Positions 1-8,012 of a stretch of 64,000 nucleotides of DNA are shown piece after piece (positions within the stretch are counted from its first letter, which is position 1; the number at the start of each line of letters is the position of its first letter). This stretch comes from Polyangiaceae bacterium (GTDB lineage Bacteria > Myxococcota_A > Polyangia > Polyangiales > Polyangiaceae): contig JANRKO010000039.1 in NCBI GenBank assembly GCA_033763455.1, positions 1 to 64,000 on the forward strand. The letters run 5' to 3'. Position numbers and translations under genes: made by a program. The notes under the pieces are model-generated. The model had not been told where the DNA came from. It saw only the letters and a program-made list of their open reading frames with translations, and ran no database searches.

Positions 1-52
1 CACCATTTGGCCAAGACCTGCGCGATGTTTCCTCCGAACGCAATTCCAATAA
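1..52 (+). CDS. probable C-terminal fragment of the intron-encoded reverse transcriptase/maturase (partial)
   Basis: Frame 2 is open from the window edge (TIWPRPARCFLRTQFQ*) and stops 12 nt before domain V, the usual position of the IEP stop. Too short to confirm by motif. Confidence 0.45.
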   Translation, partial: TIWPRPARCFLRTQFQ

Positions 53-138
53 ACACAAACCGAAGAGCCGGATGCGGGAAATTCGCAAGTCCGGTTCTGT
101 AAGGAGCACCGGGTGGCAACACCCGGTGTTTACTTGAT
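1..138 (+). mobile_element. 3' end of a group II intron (domains V and VI; intron extends upstream of the window)
   Basis: Domain V at 65-97 reads GAGCCGGATGCGG-GAAA-TTCGCAAGTCCGGTTC, with AGC catalytic triad, GAAA tetraloop and 2-nt bulge. Domain VI at 101-135 is a hairpin (GAGCACCGGGTG-GCAA-CACCCGGTGTTT) with bulged branch A132. The intron ends ...TACTTGAT at 138. Confidence 0.9.
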
Positions 139-172
139 GAAAGCTTGCAGGAGCCGTCCCCTTTACTCGGAC

Positions 173-346
173 GTGGTGGCGTTCGTGAGAGAACGGGATC
201 CATTGTTGGTCGAGGCTGCACAGGAGGTAGATCTCGCGCTCTTGGCTTCGTCGCTCGAACGTTCAGTGCGAGAGCGCCTAGATGCAGCTTCGGCGCTTGC
301 TCGTACCTTGACGGACCTTCGCCGTGCCGCATCCCGCGAGTGCTAA
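173..346 (+). CDS. small hypothetical protein, partner of the downstream nucleotidyltransferase (antitoxin-like)
   Basis: VDLALLASSLERSVRERL-type small helical ORF overlapping the NTase start. The ORF-track start at 113 lies inside the intron, so the true start is later (137, 173 or 185). Confidence 0.55.
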   Translation: MVAFVRERDPLLVEAAQEVDLALLASSLERSVRERLDAASALARTLTDLRRAASREC

Positions 347-818
347 TCTAGCCGGCATTCTGCAGGCTCTGGTGGATGCCGGGGTGGAGTTTGTTCTGGT
401 TGGAGGGGCAGCCGCCGTCGTTCACGGTGCGCCCATCACGACACAAGATGTAGACATCGTTCCGAATTCAGACCCTGCGAACCTCGATCGGCTAGCTCGC
501 GTGCTCTCCGCTCTTGATGCGGTGGTTCGCGAGTTGTCGAATCGCAGGCTTCGGCCAACTCGTGAACATCTGAACACGCACGGTCAGATCCTATTGTCAA
601 CATCCTTGGGCCCCATGGATTGCCTGATGACCTTGCACGATGGTCGCGGATATCGCGAGCTCCTAGCCCACTCAGAGGAGGTCGCGGATGGCGCATTGCG
701 GCTCAAGGTTCTTGACTTGGAGACACTGGTGCTGGTGAAAACGGAGGCCGGGCGCGCGAAGGATCGAATCGTCGTCCCAATATTGTTAGAGCTTCTAGCT
801 AACCGTTCGAAGGGTTAG
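324..818 (+). CDS. nucleotidyltransferase family protein (DUF6036/AbiEii-like)
   Basis: FVLVGGAAAVVHG...TQDVD (GG and DxD motifs) and C-terminal K...GRAKD. Confidence 0.75.
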   Translation: MPHPASANLAGILQALVDAGVEFVLVGGAAAVVHGAPITTQDVDIVPNSDPANLDRLARVLSALDAVVRELSNRRLRPTREHLNTHGQILLSTSLGPMDCLMTLHDGRGYRELLAHSEEVADGALRLKVLDLETLVLVKTEAGRAKDRIVVPILLELLANRSKG

Positions 819-828
819 ACGACCCCAC

Positions 829-866
829 AAAAAGCGAAAAGCCGCTCCCTCTTGCGAGGGAGCGGC
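829..866 (-). terminator. rho-independent terminator of the PL7 gene (possibly bidirectional)
   Basis: Perfect 11-bp stem GCCGCTCCCTC-TTGC-GAGGGAGCGGC (841-866), followed by T-runs on the minus strand. Confidence 0.85.
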
Positions 867-921
867 GATTCTTCAGCTCATTTTGCTTATCGCGCCGAGC
901 CGAGCGCTTATTGCTGCTGGA

Positions 922-3900
922 TTACTGGACCTTGACCCAGTCGATCCAGACGTCGGAGATGCCGTCCGTATTCTGGACGCGCACGCTCTGGCCAGCGGGG
1001 ACCGCGTGGTTGAACACCAGGTCGGACATCGTACCGTTGGTCGTTGCCATGGCCTTGTTCTCCTTGAGCACACCGTTCACATAGAGGCCTAGGCGCTTGC
1101 CGGTGAGGCCGCTGCTGTTGTCGTAACGAACCGTGACGCTTGTGGTGCCAGCTGCCGAGCTGTTCTGCTGCAGATAGGAGCTGTTGGCGTCTTCGAGCCA
1201 GACAGCAGTTCCCTCGATACCACCACCGTTGATGACCATGGCTTCAGCCTGGTACGTGGTGCCACCCGTCGGGCAAGCTGCACAGGTGACGCCGCCGCTC
1301 ACGCCGCCGCAATCCGTGCTGCTCTCGGTGCCGTTCTTGATGCCGTCTGTGCAGGTCGGGGTCTTGCAGATATTGCTGCAAGCGTCCGTGTTCACCGCGT
1401 TGCCGTCATCGCACTGCTCACCGTTGCCGGATTGCACCACGGTGTCGCCACAACGAGTAACCGCACCAGCAACGTTCGAGCACGTTGCACTGCACACTGT
1501 GCAGCTCGTGAGGCCATACGTGCAGCCTTCAGTGACGGTGTTGCCGTCGTCACACTGCTCAGGGCTTTGGAGGATGCCGTTGCCACAGACTGCCGTCGCG
1601 CAGGCTGCGCACGTCACGCCGCCGCTTACGCCGCCGCAGTCCGTGCTGGTTTCGGTGCCGTTCTTGATGCCGTCGGAGCAGGTCGGCGTCTTGCAGGTGT
1701 TGCTGCAAGCGTCCGTGTTCACCTGGTTGCCGTCGTCACATTGCTCGCCGTTGCCAGAGGCTACGACGCCGTTGCCGCAGTACGAGGTGGTGCCCGACAC
1801 GTTCGTGCACGTTGAACCGCACACGGTGCAGCTCGTCAAGCCGTAGGCGCAGGCTTCCACAACCGTGTTGCCGTCGTCACAGGCTTCTGGAGCTTGAACT
1901 ACGCCGTTGCCGCACACCGCGGTGCTGCCACCGCTATTAGAGATCGTAACGTAGTCGATGCTGTACATTACTGCGTCAGGGCTGGAGAACTTGATGCTCT
2001 GACCAGCGGACACACTCTGAGTGAAGACCAAGTCCGCCGCTGCCGACGAAGGCGCCACTTTGGTTTCCCGGATCGTGCCGTTGACGTAGAGCGAGAGTCG
2101 CATGCCAGGAGCACCACCCTTGTAACGGACCGTGATGCTGTTGCCAGCGACAACGTTCGTCTTCTCGATTGAGGAGTTTAAGACGTCCTCTAGGGTGGCC
2201 CAGCCAGCCGAAACGAAGGCACCATTCGCCAAGGTCCAGCCACTCCCCGCGTCGTACGTCGTGGCCGTGCCGGTGCTGCAGGCCGTACACGAGCCACCGC
2301 AGTCGACTCCAGCTTCACCGTTGTTCTGTGCGCCATCCGAGCACGTCGCTGCCAAACAGCTGTTGGTGCAGGCGTCGTTGTTGACGGTGTTGCCGTCGTC
2401 GCAGGCTTCGCTGCCTTCCTTCACGCCGTTGCCGCACATTGAGCCCACGGGGCCATGGTACAGGTTGGAGAAGGTTGCCTGCGCGTAATCGCCGTTGGCG
2501 TATTGCGTGGCAACCGACTGGCCAGCACCGTGACAGCCGGGGGACCAACTGTTGCCATCGTTCACCGTGTTCGACTGGTTGTAGACACCTGCCTTGAAGT
2601 AGAAGGAGTCCTGAGCGTAGCCCTGGGGGTTATCGAACGCGTTGTGAGCCGTCGCCAGATTCTTGCTTTGCGTAACGGTTGGGCCACCAGCACGACTGAA
2701 CGTGAGGGTCATGGTTGAGTTCACGACTTGGACGACGTAGGTAAATTCCTCGCCAAGCGACACGCCGGCCGCGCCCGGATCCGCGTTGTTATCCCAGCAG
2801 TTACCCCACACGGCGGTACAGTAGTCACCGCGGTTCGGATCGTCCTTGGGTACGTTCAGCTCATACGTCCAGAATACCGAGCCCTTAGCGTGGCCAGGAA
2901 GCTTCTTGTAGAAAATCTTGAGCGGTTCGTTGCCAATACCCCAAGTAGGTTGGATGGCGGTGTCATCTAGGCCGTGGATCTGCCCTACCACCACTGAATG
3001 CGCGGATTTAATAGTCGTTAGGCAGCCGCTGTCGGCCACTGCGTTCACCGCAACTGTGCCTTGTAGCTGCGCGCCAACCATTCCGTAGGCCGTCTTGTTG
3101 CTATGGGTGGAAAGCACGAAGTTATTCTTCGGATCTTTCTCTGTCATTGTGGTGTTGCCGGCGCGGAGCATCATGCGAAGTTCCGAGCGCGCGTTCTTGC
3201 TATTTGCTGTTGTCCAGCCCTCGTTCGGGCTCTTGAAGATCATCTTGCCCCCGGTGGCCCAGAAGAAGTTCGTATCGTACCAGTTCGGCAGTTCGAACTC
3301 GAAAATGTCCGTAGGCTTGAGCTCGTTGAACTTATCCACAGGGAGCGTGATCTTCCACTTCGACATGTCGTAGTAAGTGGCGGGCGCGTTGGTGTTCGTG
3401 CTCGAACCACTAGTGCCAGGGGCGGGCGGGCACGTTACGGAGGCCGCTGCTTCCCAAATCACCTCGTTGTTCACGTTGCCACACATGTTCGACGAGTTGT
3501 TGGAGAGCATGGTGTCGGTCTCCATTTTCACACCCATCATCGTTTGCTGGTCTTGCCAAGCAACGTAGCCGAGCTCACAGGCGGTTTCCGAAAAAACGAA
3601 AGGATAGGTGCCATTGGCGGCCATGCGATCCTTCGCCTCATGCATGTAGAAGCCGGCAAAAGGCCCGGTTGCAGTTTGAAACTTGAACTTGCCGGTGCCA
3701 GCAGGCTCCTTGATGAAGCGAGCCGCCGAAGCCGTGCCGCTCTGGTTGAACTTGATATTCCCCGCCCGTGTGGTGGCTGAGCCAGGGTCAATGCTGGCGT
3801 ACATGTTATTTGCTTTGTGCTTCAAATAATACGTCGAGCAGGTCAGTGCTTGGCTGAGTTCACCCACATTCTCGGGATACGAGGAAGCCGACGACGAAGG

Positions 3901-3975
3901 CGTCCCCGAGTTGTTACAGGCAACGGGCGCCAAACACGCCAGCGTTGCGAATCCTCCAATTATACGTTTCATCAT
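922..3975 (-). CDS. multidomain polysaccharide lyase family 7 (alginate lyase) lipoprotein with Cys-rich myxobacterial repeats and two CBM-like domains
   Basis: PL7 motifs WKITLP, ARSELR, VGQIH and YFKAGVYNQ. Lipobox-like LAPVAC. CGNG..E.CDDGN repeats. Two beta-sandwich modules (TTY(Q)A...TVRY...LYVNG...IDY/WV). Confidence 0.9.
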   Translation of the reverse strand: MMKRIIGGFATLACLAPVACNNSGTPSSSASSYPENVGELSQALTCSTYYLKHKANNMYASIDPGSATTRAGNIKFNQSGTASAARFIKEPAGTGKFKFQTATGPFAGFYMHEAKDRMAANGTYPFVFSETACELGYVAWQDQQTMMGVKMETDTMLSNNSSNMCGNVNNEVIWEAAASVTCPPAPGTSGSSTNTNAPATYYDMSKWKITLPVDKFNELKPTDIFEFELPNWYDTNFFWATGGKMIFKSPNEGWTTANSKNARSELRMMLRAGNTTMTEKDPKNNFVLSTHSNKTAYGMVGAQLQGTVAVNAVADSGCLTTIKSAHSVVVGQIHGLDDTAIQPTWGIGNEPLKIFYKKLPGHAKGSVFWTYELNVPKDDPNRGDYCTAVWGNCWDNNADPGAAGVSLGEEFTYVVQVVNSTMTLTFSRAGGPTVTQSKNLATAHNAFDNPQGYAQDSFYFKAGVYNQSNTVNDGNSWSPGCHGAGQSVATQYANGDYAQATFSNLYHGPVGSMCGNGVKEGSEACDDGNTVNNDACTNSCLAATCSDGAQNNGEAGVDCGGSCTACSTGTATTYDAGSGWTLANGAFVSAGWATLEDVLNSSIEKTNVVAGNSITVRYKGGAPGMRLSLYVNGTIRETKVAPSSAAADLVFTQSVSAGQSIKFSSPDAVMYSIDYVTISNSGGSTAVCGNGVVQAPEACDDGNTVVEACAYGLTSCTVCGSTCTNVSGTTSYCGNGVVASGNGEQCDDGNQVNTDACSNTCKTPTCSDGIKNGTETSTDCGGVSGGVTCAACATAVCGNGILQSPEQCDDGNTVTEGCTYGLTSCTVCSATCSNVAGAVTRCGDTVVQSGNGEQCDDGNAVNTDACSNICKTPTCTDGIKNGTESSTDCGGVSGGVTCAACPTGGTTYQAEAMVINGGGIEGTAVWLEDANSSYLQQNSSAAGTTSVTVRYDNSSGLTGKRLGLYVNGVLKENKAMATTNGTMSDLVFNHAVPAGQSVRVQNTDGISDVWIDWVKVQ
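1270..1923 (-). repeat. intragenic tandem duplication of a 327-bp (109-aa) Cys-rich block
   Basis: TAVCGNG...YGLTSCTVC...DCGGVSGGVTCAAC occurs twice (1597-1923 and 1270-1596). Confidence 0.85.
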
Positions 3976-4069
3976 CCGCGCATCCTTCTTTCTTGCTCAG
4001 TTGTAGGTAGCTTCGTTCTTGTCTTTTGCTCGGACGCCCAAAAAGCATCTCGGCGTCGGGCCCTCCTAG

Positions 4070-4085
4070 AGCACAACGCGTGCCA
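4070..4085 (-). promoter_or_regulatory. sigma54 (-24/-12) promoter of the PL7 gene
   Basis: Minus strand reads TGGCACGCGTTGTGCT (GG-N10-GC), about 95 nt upstream of the start codon. Confidence 0.7.
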
Positions 4086-4170
4086 TTCGAGCACGGCAGG
4101 CAAATCGCCCAGAACGCGCCTGTTTGCTGTGCTCTACCCAAACACGGGCGACGCACGCGGTTGTCCCGTT

Positions 4171-4210
4171 TACACAAGTTGTGCAAAAGCTCCTTGTGCA
4201 CTTGCACAAG
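4171..4210. promoter_or_regulatory. palindromic putative activator (bEBP) binding sites
   Basis: Perfect CTTGTGCA-CT-TGCACAAG (4193-4210) and imperfect TACACAA-G-TTGTGCA (4171-4185), 85-125 bp upstream of the -24 element. Confidence 0.5.
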
Positions 4211-4361
4211 CGCCAGGTTCCTGACGCGTTCGGGCCTAAGGTGGGTAGCTGGAGGCCGAAGTGGTTGGGCTGAGGAGCCCCTTTTTGGCCAAATCAGGGC
4301 CACTTTTGCCTTGGTCCCCTTAAGTGCTTTCTTCGCCGATCCGTCCGCAGCACTGATGAGG

Positions 4362-6749
4362 ATGAGGATTGCCCGTTTTGGAGGTGTTGTGGTCGCACTG
4401 TTGATGGGGACTGTGCGGGTGGTTTCAGCTCAGCCAGTGGCACCCGCCTCGCCTCCCAGCACCGACGCATCTGGAGAGAAGTCGGAACCGTCTACTCCGG
4501 AGCCCGAGCCAACGGGTGAAGTCGATGGCTCGCCGGCGGTGGAAGCCGAAGGCACAGCGGGCACTGCCGCGGCAGCTGCCGGAGCGGAGGCGACTCCGAG
4601 CGACCTCGAAGCTGAAGAAGACGATGCACCCAGCAATGCTGCGTTTCTTGTCGATCCAGGTGCGATTGGCGGAGATCTGAACGACCCAACGGCGGAGGGT
4701 TTCGCTGGGATGAGCCTGGCAGATCTGATGCAGATCGACGTCGTAACGGCTACGAAGTCGGCCGTTTCCCTCACCGAGGCTCCCGCCATTATCAGTGTGG
4801 TTACCCGCGAGGATATTCAGCTTTGGGGCTATTCAAGCCTTGAGGAAGTGCTCCGGCACACGCTTGGGTTCTACGTGGTGGACGATCACGCTGTACCGGA
4901 TGCCTCAGTTCGCGGCGTATCCGTGGGGCTCTTTAGCCAAAGCGGCCTCATCAAAGTGATGGTGAACGGGGAATCAACGGCGTTCAGGACAGATGCTTCA
5001 AACTGGATTGGTCCAGAGTTGATTCCGATGTCGGCGGTCGAGCGCATCGAAATTATCCGAGGCCCGTCTTCTGCTTTGTACGGTGCCGATGCGTTTCTTG
5101 GCGTCGTTAACATCATCACGCGCTCAGGCGGAAAGGTGAACGGTGGGCAATTCGCGGCCGGCGTGCGCGCTTATGAACGCCTGGATTTGGCTCGCAATTT
5201 CGACATTGCGGTGGGCGGTGAGAGCGGAAAACTCGAAATCCTTTTGGCGGGTCGCGAACACAGCGAAGATCGCTCGGGTCTCAAGGTTCCCGGGTCCTCC
5301 CCGATGCCCCGTATCCCGAGCTATCGCGACAAACTCGAGGCGCGCCACGCCACGGGAACTGCCGCGTCTCTCTATGGGACACTTCGCTACCACTTCACGA
5401 AGGACTTCTCGCTTGCCGTCGTGGGGTATCGCTCCCAGTTTGCTCGCGGTTGGGAGTTCGGCCCTTGGTTGCAGCTTCCTTACGGTTTAGATGAGGACGG
5501 TCGGCCGCATGAGACTCGCCTTTCGCAGGCGCAGTCCAAGATCGGGTTGGTTGGAGATCTGAACCTTGGTGCCGAAAAGTCTCTCACGGCGCGGGTTTCT
5601 TACAGTAACGGAAAGCCGCTCTCCGCAGACCATGTTGACGTCGGGAGTGGTGTATTCGGTGTGCGCCGCGATTTCGGCTACAACAGTGTTGACGGCGCGG
5701 TAGACGGCAGCTTTGCCCTCGCCGAGCACCTCGATCTAGTCACCTCCGCGGACGGCGCCGTGGATAGGGTGCGCGTACCGAGTCCGGTGCCGGTGCTAAA
5801 GATCGCCGTGGATGGGCTAAAGCCCGGAAGCGAGCTAACACGCGAACAGGCTGGCGAGAGGACTCTCTCCAACGTGGGGGCCCTCGGCCAACTGCGATAT
5901 AGCGCATGGGCTCCGCTCCTATCGCTTACCGGCGGTGCACGCCTGGATTACCACAGCATCTACGGAGCTGTCCCTAGTGGCCGTTTGGCCGCCGTGTCTC
6001 AGCCGCGCGAAGGGCTGACGCTGAAGCTGCTCTACGGGAACGCGTTTAAGGCGCCCTCGCCACTATTGTTGTTCGCGGTACCGCTCACCGTGGGGGACAT
6101 TGTAGGCAACCCAGGTCTCAGGCCGCAGCGGGTTCACTCCACAGAATTTCAGGTAACCTACCTTCCGCTGGATGCTTTGGGGTTAACCAGCGGTGTAACA
6201 TACAACAAAGTGCTTGATGTAGCTGAATTCGTGCAACAGGGCGTGAACCAAACGGCACGCAACCTCGCCTCCATGGACATGATTTCGTGGGAAACAGAAG
6301 CCAAATTGACCTATGAGGAGGAGCTCGGCGTTACCACGAGTTACGAGCTGGTGTACGGCAAGCGCGGATCTGGGGCGTTGGGCTACCAAGCGGATTTGGT
6401 CGGGCAAGAGCAGGTCGTATATCCGCACCATATTGTACGCGCCGGGGTTTGGGGAAAGATCCCGTCCCTGCCGCTGCGTGCCACCGCCGAAGGGCTTTGG
6501 GCTGGGAAGCGGCGTTCGAGCCCCACGCACACGCTGCTCCATGGTGCGCCCTACGACTTGGACTCGTACCTCTTGGCAGATTTCGGCCTATCCACGGTTG
6601 ATTTGATGTTCTTGAAGAAGAAGTTAACCACAATTTCTATTAAGGCCCGCAACACTCTGGACGTTGTGGTGGCTGACTCTGGCGTAGCTGGCGTCGACTA
6701 CCCGCTTCTGCCGAGATCTCTCTCATTAACGTTAACGCAAGAACTCTAA
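4362..6749 (+). CDS. TonB-dependent receptor
   Basis: Signal peptide, acidic linker, and plug motifs VVTATK...EAPAIISVVTREDI and VERIEIIRGPSSALYGADAFLGVVNIIT, followed by a beta-barrel. Start moved from 4026 to ATG 4356/4362. Confidence 0.9.
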   Translation: MRIARFGGVVVALLMGTVRVVSAQPVAPASPPSTDASGEKSEPSTPEPEPTGEVDGSPAVEAEGTAGTAAAAAGAEATPSDLEAEEDDAPSNAAFLVDPGAIGGDLNDPTAEGFAGMSLADLMQIDVVTATKSAVSLTEAPAIISVVTREDIQLWGYSSLEEVLRHTLGFYVVDDHAVPDASVRGVSVGLFSQSGLIKVMVNGESTAFRTDASNWIGPELIPMSAVERIEIIRGPSSALYGADAFLGVVNIITRSGGKVNGGQFAAGVRAYERLDLARNFDIAVGGESGKLEILLAGREHSEDRSGLKVPGSSPMPRIPSYRDKLEARHATGTAASLYGTLRYHFTKDFSLAVVGYRSQFARGWEFGPWLQLPYGLDEDGRPHETRLSQAQSKIGLVGDLNLGAEKSLTARVSYSNGKPLSADHVDVGSGVFGVRRDFGYNSVDGAVDGSFALAEHLDLVTSADGAVDRVRVPSPVPVLKIAVDGLKPGSELTREQAGERTLSNVGALGQLRYSAWAPLLSLTGGARLDYHSIYGAVPSGRLAAVSQPREGLTLKLLYGNAFKAPSPLLLFAVPLTVGDIVGNPGLRPQRVHSTEFQVTYLPLDALGLTSGVTYNKVLDVAEFVQQGVNQTARNLASMDMISWETEAKLTYEEELGVTTSYELVYGKRGSGALGYQADLVGQEQVVYPHHIVRAGVWGKIPSLPLRATAEGLWAGKRRSSPTHTLLHGAPYDLDSYLLADFGLSTVDLMFLKKKLTTISIKARNTLDVVVADSGVAGVDYPLLPRSLSLTLTQEL

Positions 6750-6803
6750 AACCCCAACACAGCACCCAGAGTTAATCTCTGAACTTACTAAGGAAAGCAA
6801 CCA

Positions 6804-7958
6804 ATGAAGAACATTAAGTATCTATTAGGCAATGCACTCATCATGTGCGCTACTGGCACTCTTGTAGGCTGCAGTGGTGACGACAAGGCCACAGACACCA
6901 CCCCCGCCCCCACGCAGGCTACAGGCCTTTCAGCCTGCGGCGCGGACAATGCGGCGCGCCCCGGCGAAGTGCTTGCCATGGTGGATGCAATTAAGAAGGC
7001 GGTTGAGGGCAAGGGCGATTCGAGCCAAATTTCGCTTTACTCGATGCCCAACCATCGTTCAGCCTTCTGGGATACGCCGAAGCTCGGTTACGAGCGCGCT
7101 AAGCAGGAGCTCGGTACACTAGGTGATTGGGTTTTCCCCCCCTCGAAGGAATCTCCTCTCCCCGAGATCGTCGCAGCCCAGCAAGCCAACATGTCAAATT
7201 GGACCATGCAGGGTGTTTCCGGCATCGCACTCTCGGTAAAGTCTGCCGCTGACATGTTGGGCCCAATCAACAGCGCTATTTCGACAGGCATCCCAGTTGT
7301 CACCTTTGACTCAGACGCCGCTGATAGCAGCCGCTTCCTCTACGTAGGTCCTTTAAGCCAGCCCTCCGGTGTTCTGGCTGGCAACGAGCTCGTGAAGGCC
7401 ATGGGGACCACGACAGGCGTCGTTGTGGTTCTGTCCGGCAAGCAGAGTGAAGTGTACCTCCAGGAACGCCTGGCCGGTGCGAAAGGCCCGATTGAGGCAG
7501 CGGGTTTCACCTTGGATACCGTATGGGATTTAACCGACGGTGGCATCGTGGCGGCCATGGATGCGGCGTTTGCAAAACACGGGGATAAGCTCAAGGGCTT
7601 CCTCACCATGACGGGCACATTTGCTCCGCTTGCTGGCGCGTACATAAGGGACAAAGGGCACACGGGCAAAGTGAGAATGGTTGGTTGGGATCTCAAAGTC
7701 GAAACACAACAGCTGATCGACGCGGGCGTAGTGCACGCAATGCTCGCACAGCGCTCCTATTTCCATGGGTACCTCCCCGTGTATCTCAACTACGCAATTA
7801 CGACGCTGGGTAAGGAAAAGGTCATGGCCACACTTGCCGGTTCTCTGAGCGGTACCAAGGGTGACCTGCTGAACACCGGCGTGGACGTGGTGACGAAAGA
7901 GAACCTCACTTCGTACCTCCAGTACCAAACCGAGTGTCTCGGGGTGGCTTCCAACTAA
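6804..7958 (+). CDS. sugar-binding periplasmic lipoprotein (Peripla_BP_4/RbsB-like)
   Basis: Lipobox LVGC; GIPVVTFDSDA...R..YVG; QERLAG; MVGWD; LAQR.Y..GY; NTGVDVVTKEN. Confidence 0.85.
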   Translation: MKNIKYLLGNALIMCATGTLVGCSGDDKATDTTPAPTQATGLSACGADNAARPGEVLAMVDAIKKAVEGKGDSSQISLYSMPNHRSAFWDTPKLGYERAKQELGTLGDWVFPPSKESPLPEIVAAQQANMSNWTMQGVSGIALSVKSAADMLGPINSAISTGIPVVTFDSDAADSSRFLYVGPLSQPSGVLAGNELVKAMGTTTGVVVVLSGKQSEVYLQERLAGAKGPIEAAGFTLDTVWDLTDGGIVAAMDAAFAKHGDKLKGFLTMTGTFAPLAGAYIRDKGHTGKVRMVGWDLKVETQQLIDAGVVHAMLAQRSYFHGYLPVYLNYAITTLGKEKVMATLAGSLSGTKGDLLNTGVDVVTKENLTSYLQYQTECLGVASN

Positions 7959-8012
7959 CGAGCGTTCAAGTCCACTTGATCCTTAGGAGTGCAAAAGATG
8001 GAAGGTGCCAGG

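Noticed and set aside
113..172. N-terminus of the 77-aa ORF as given in the ORF track
   Set aside because: The GTG at 113 lies inside intron domain VI.
4026..4355. 110-aa N-terminal extension of the TonB receptor
   Set aside because: It covers the divergent promoter region; the signal peptide begins at 4356/4362.
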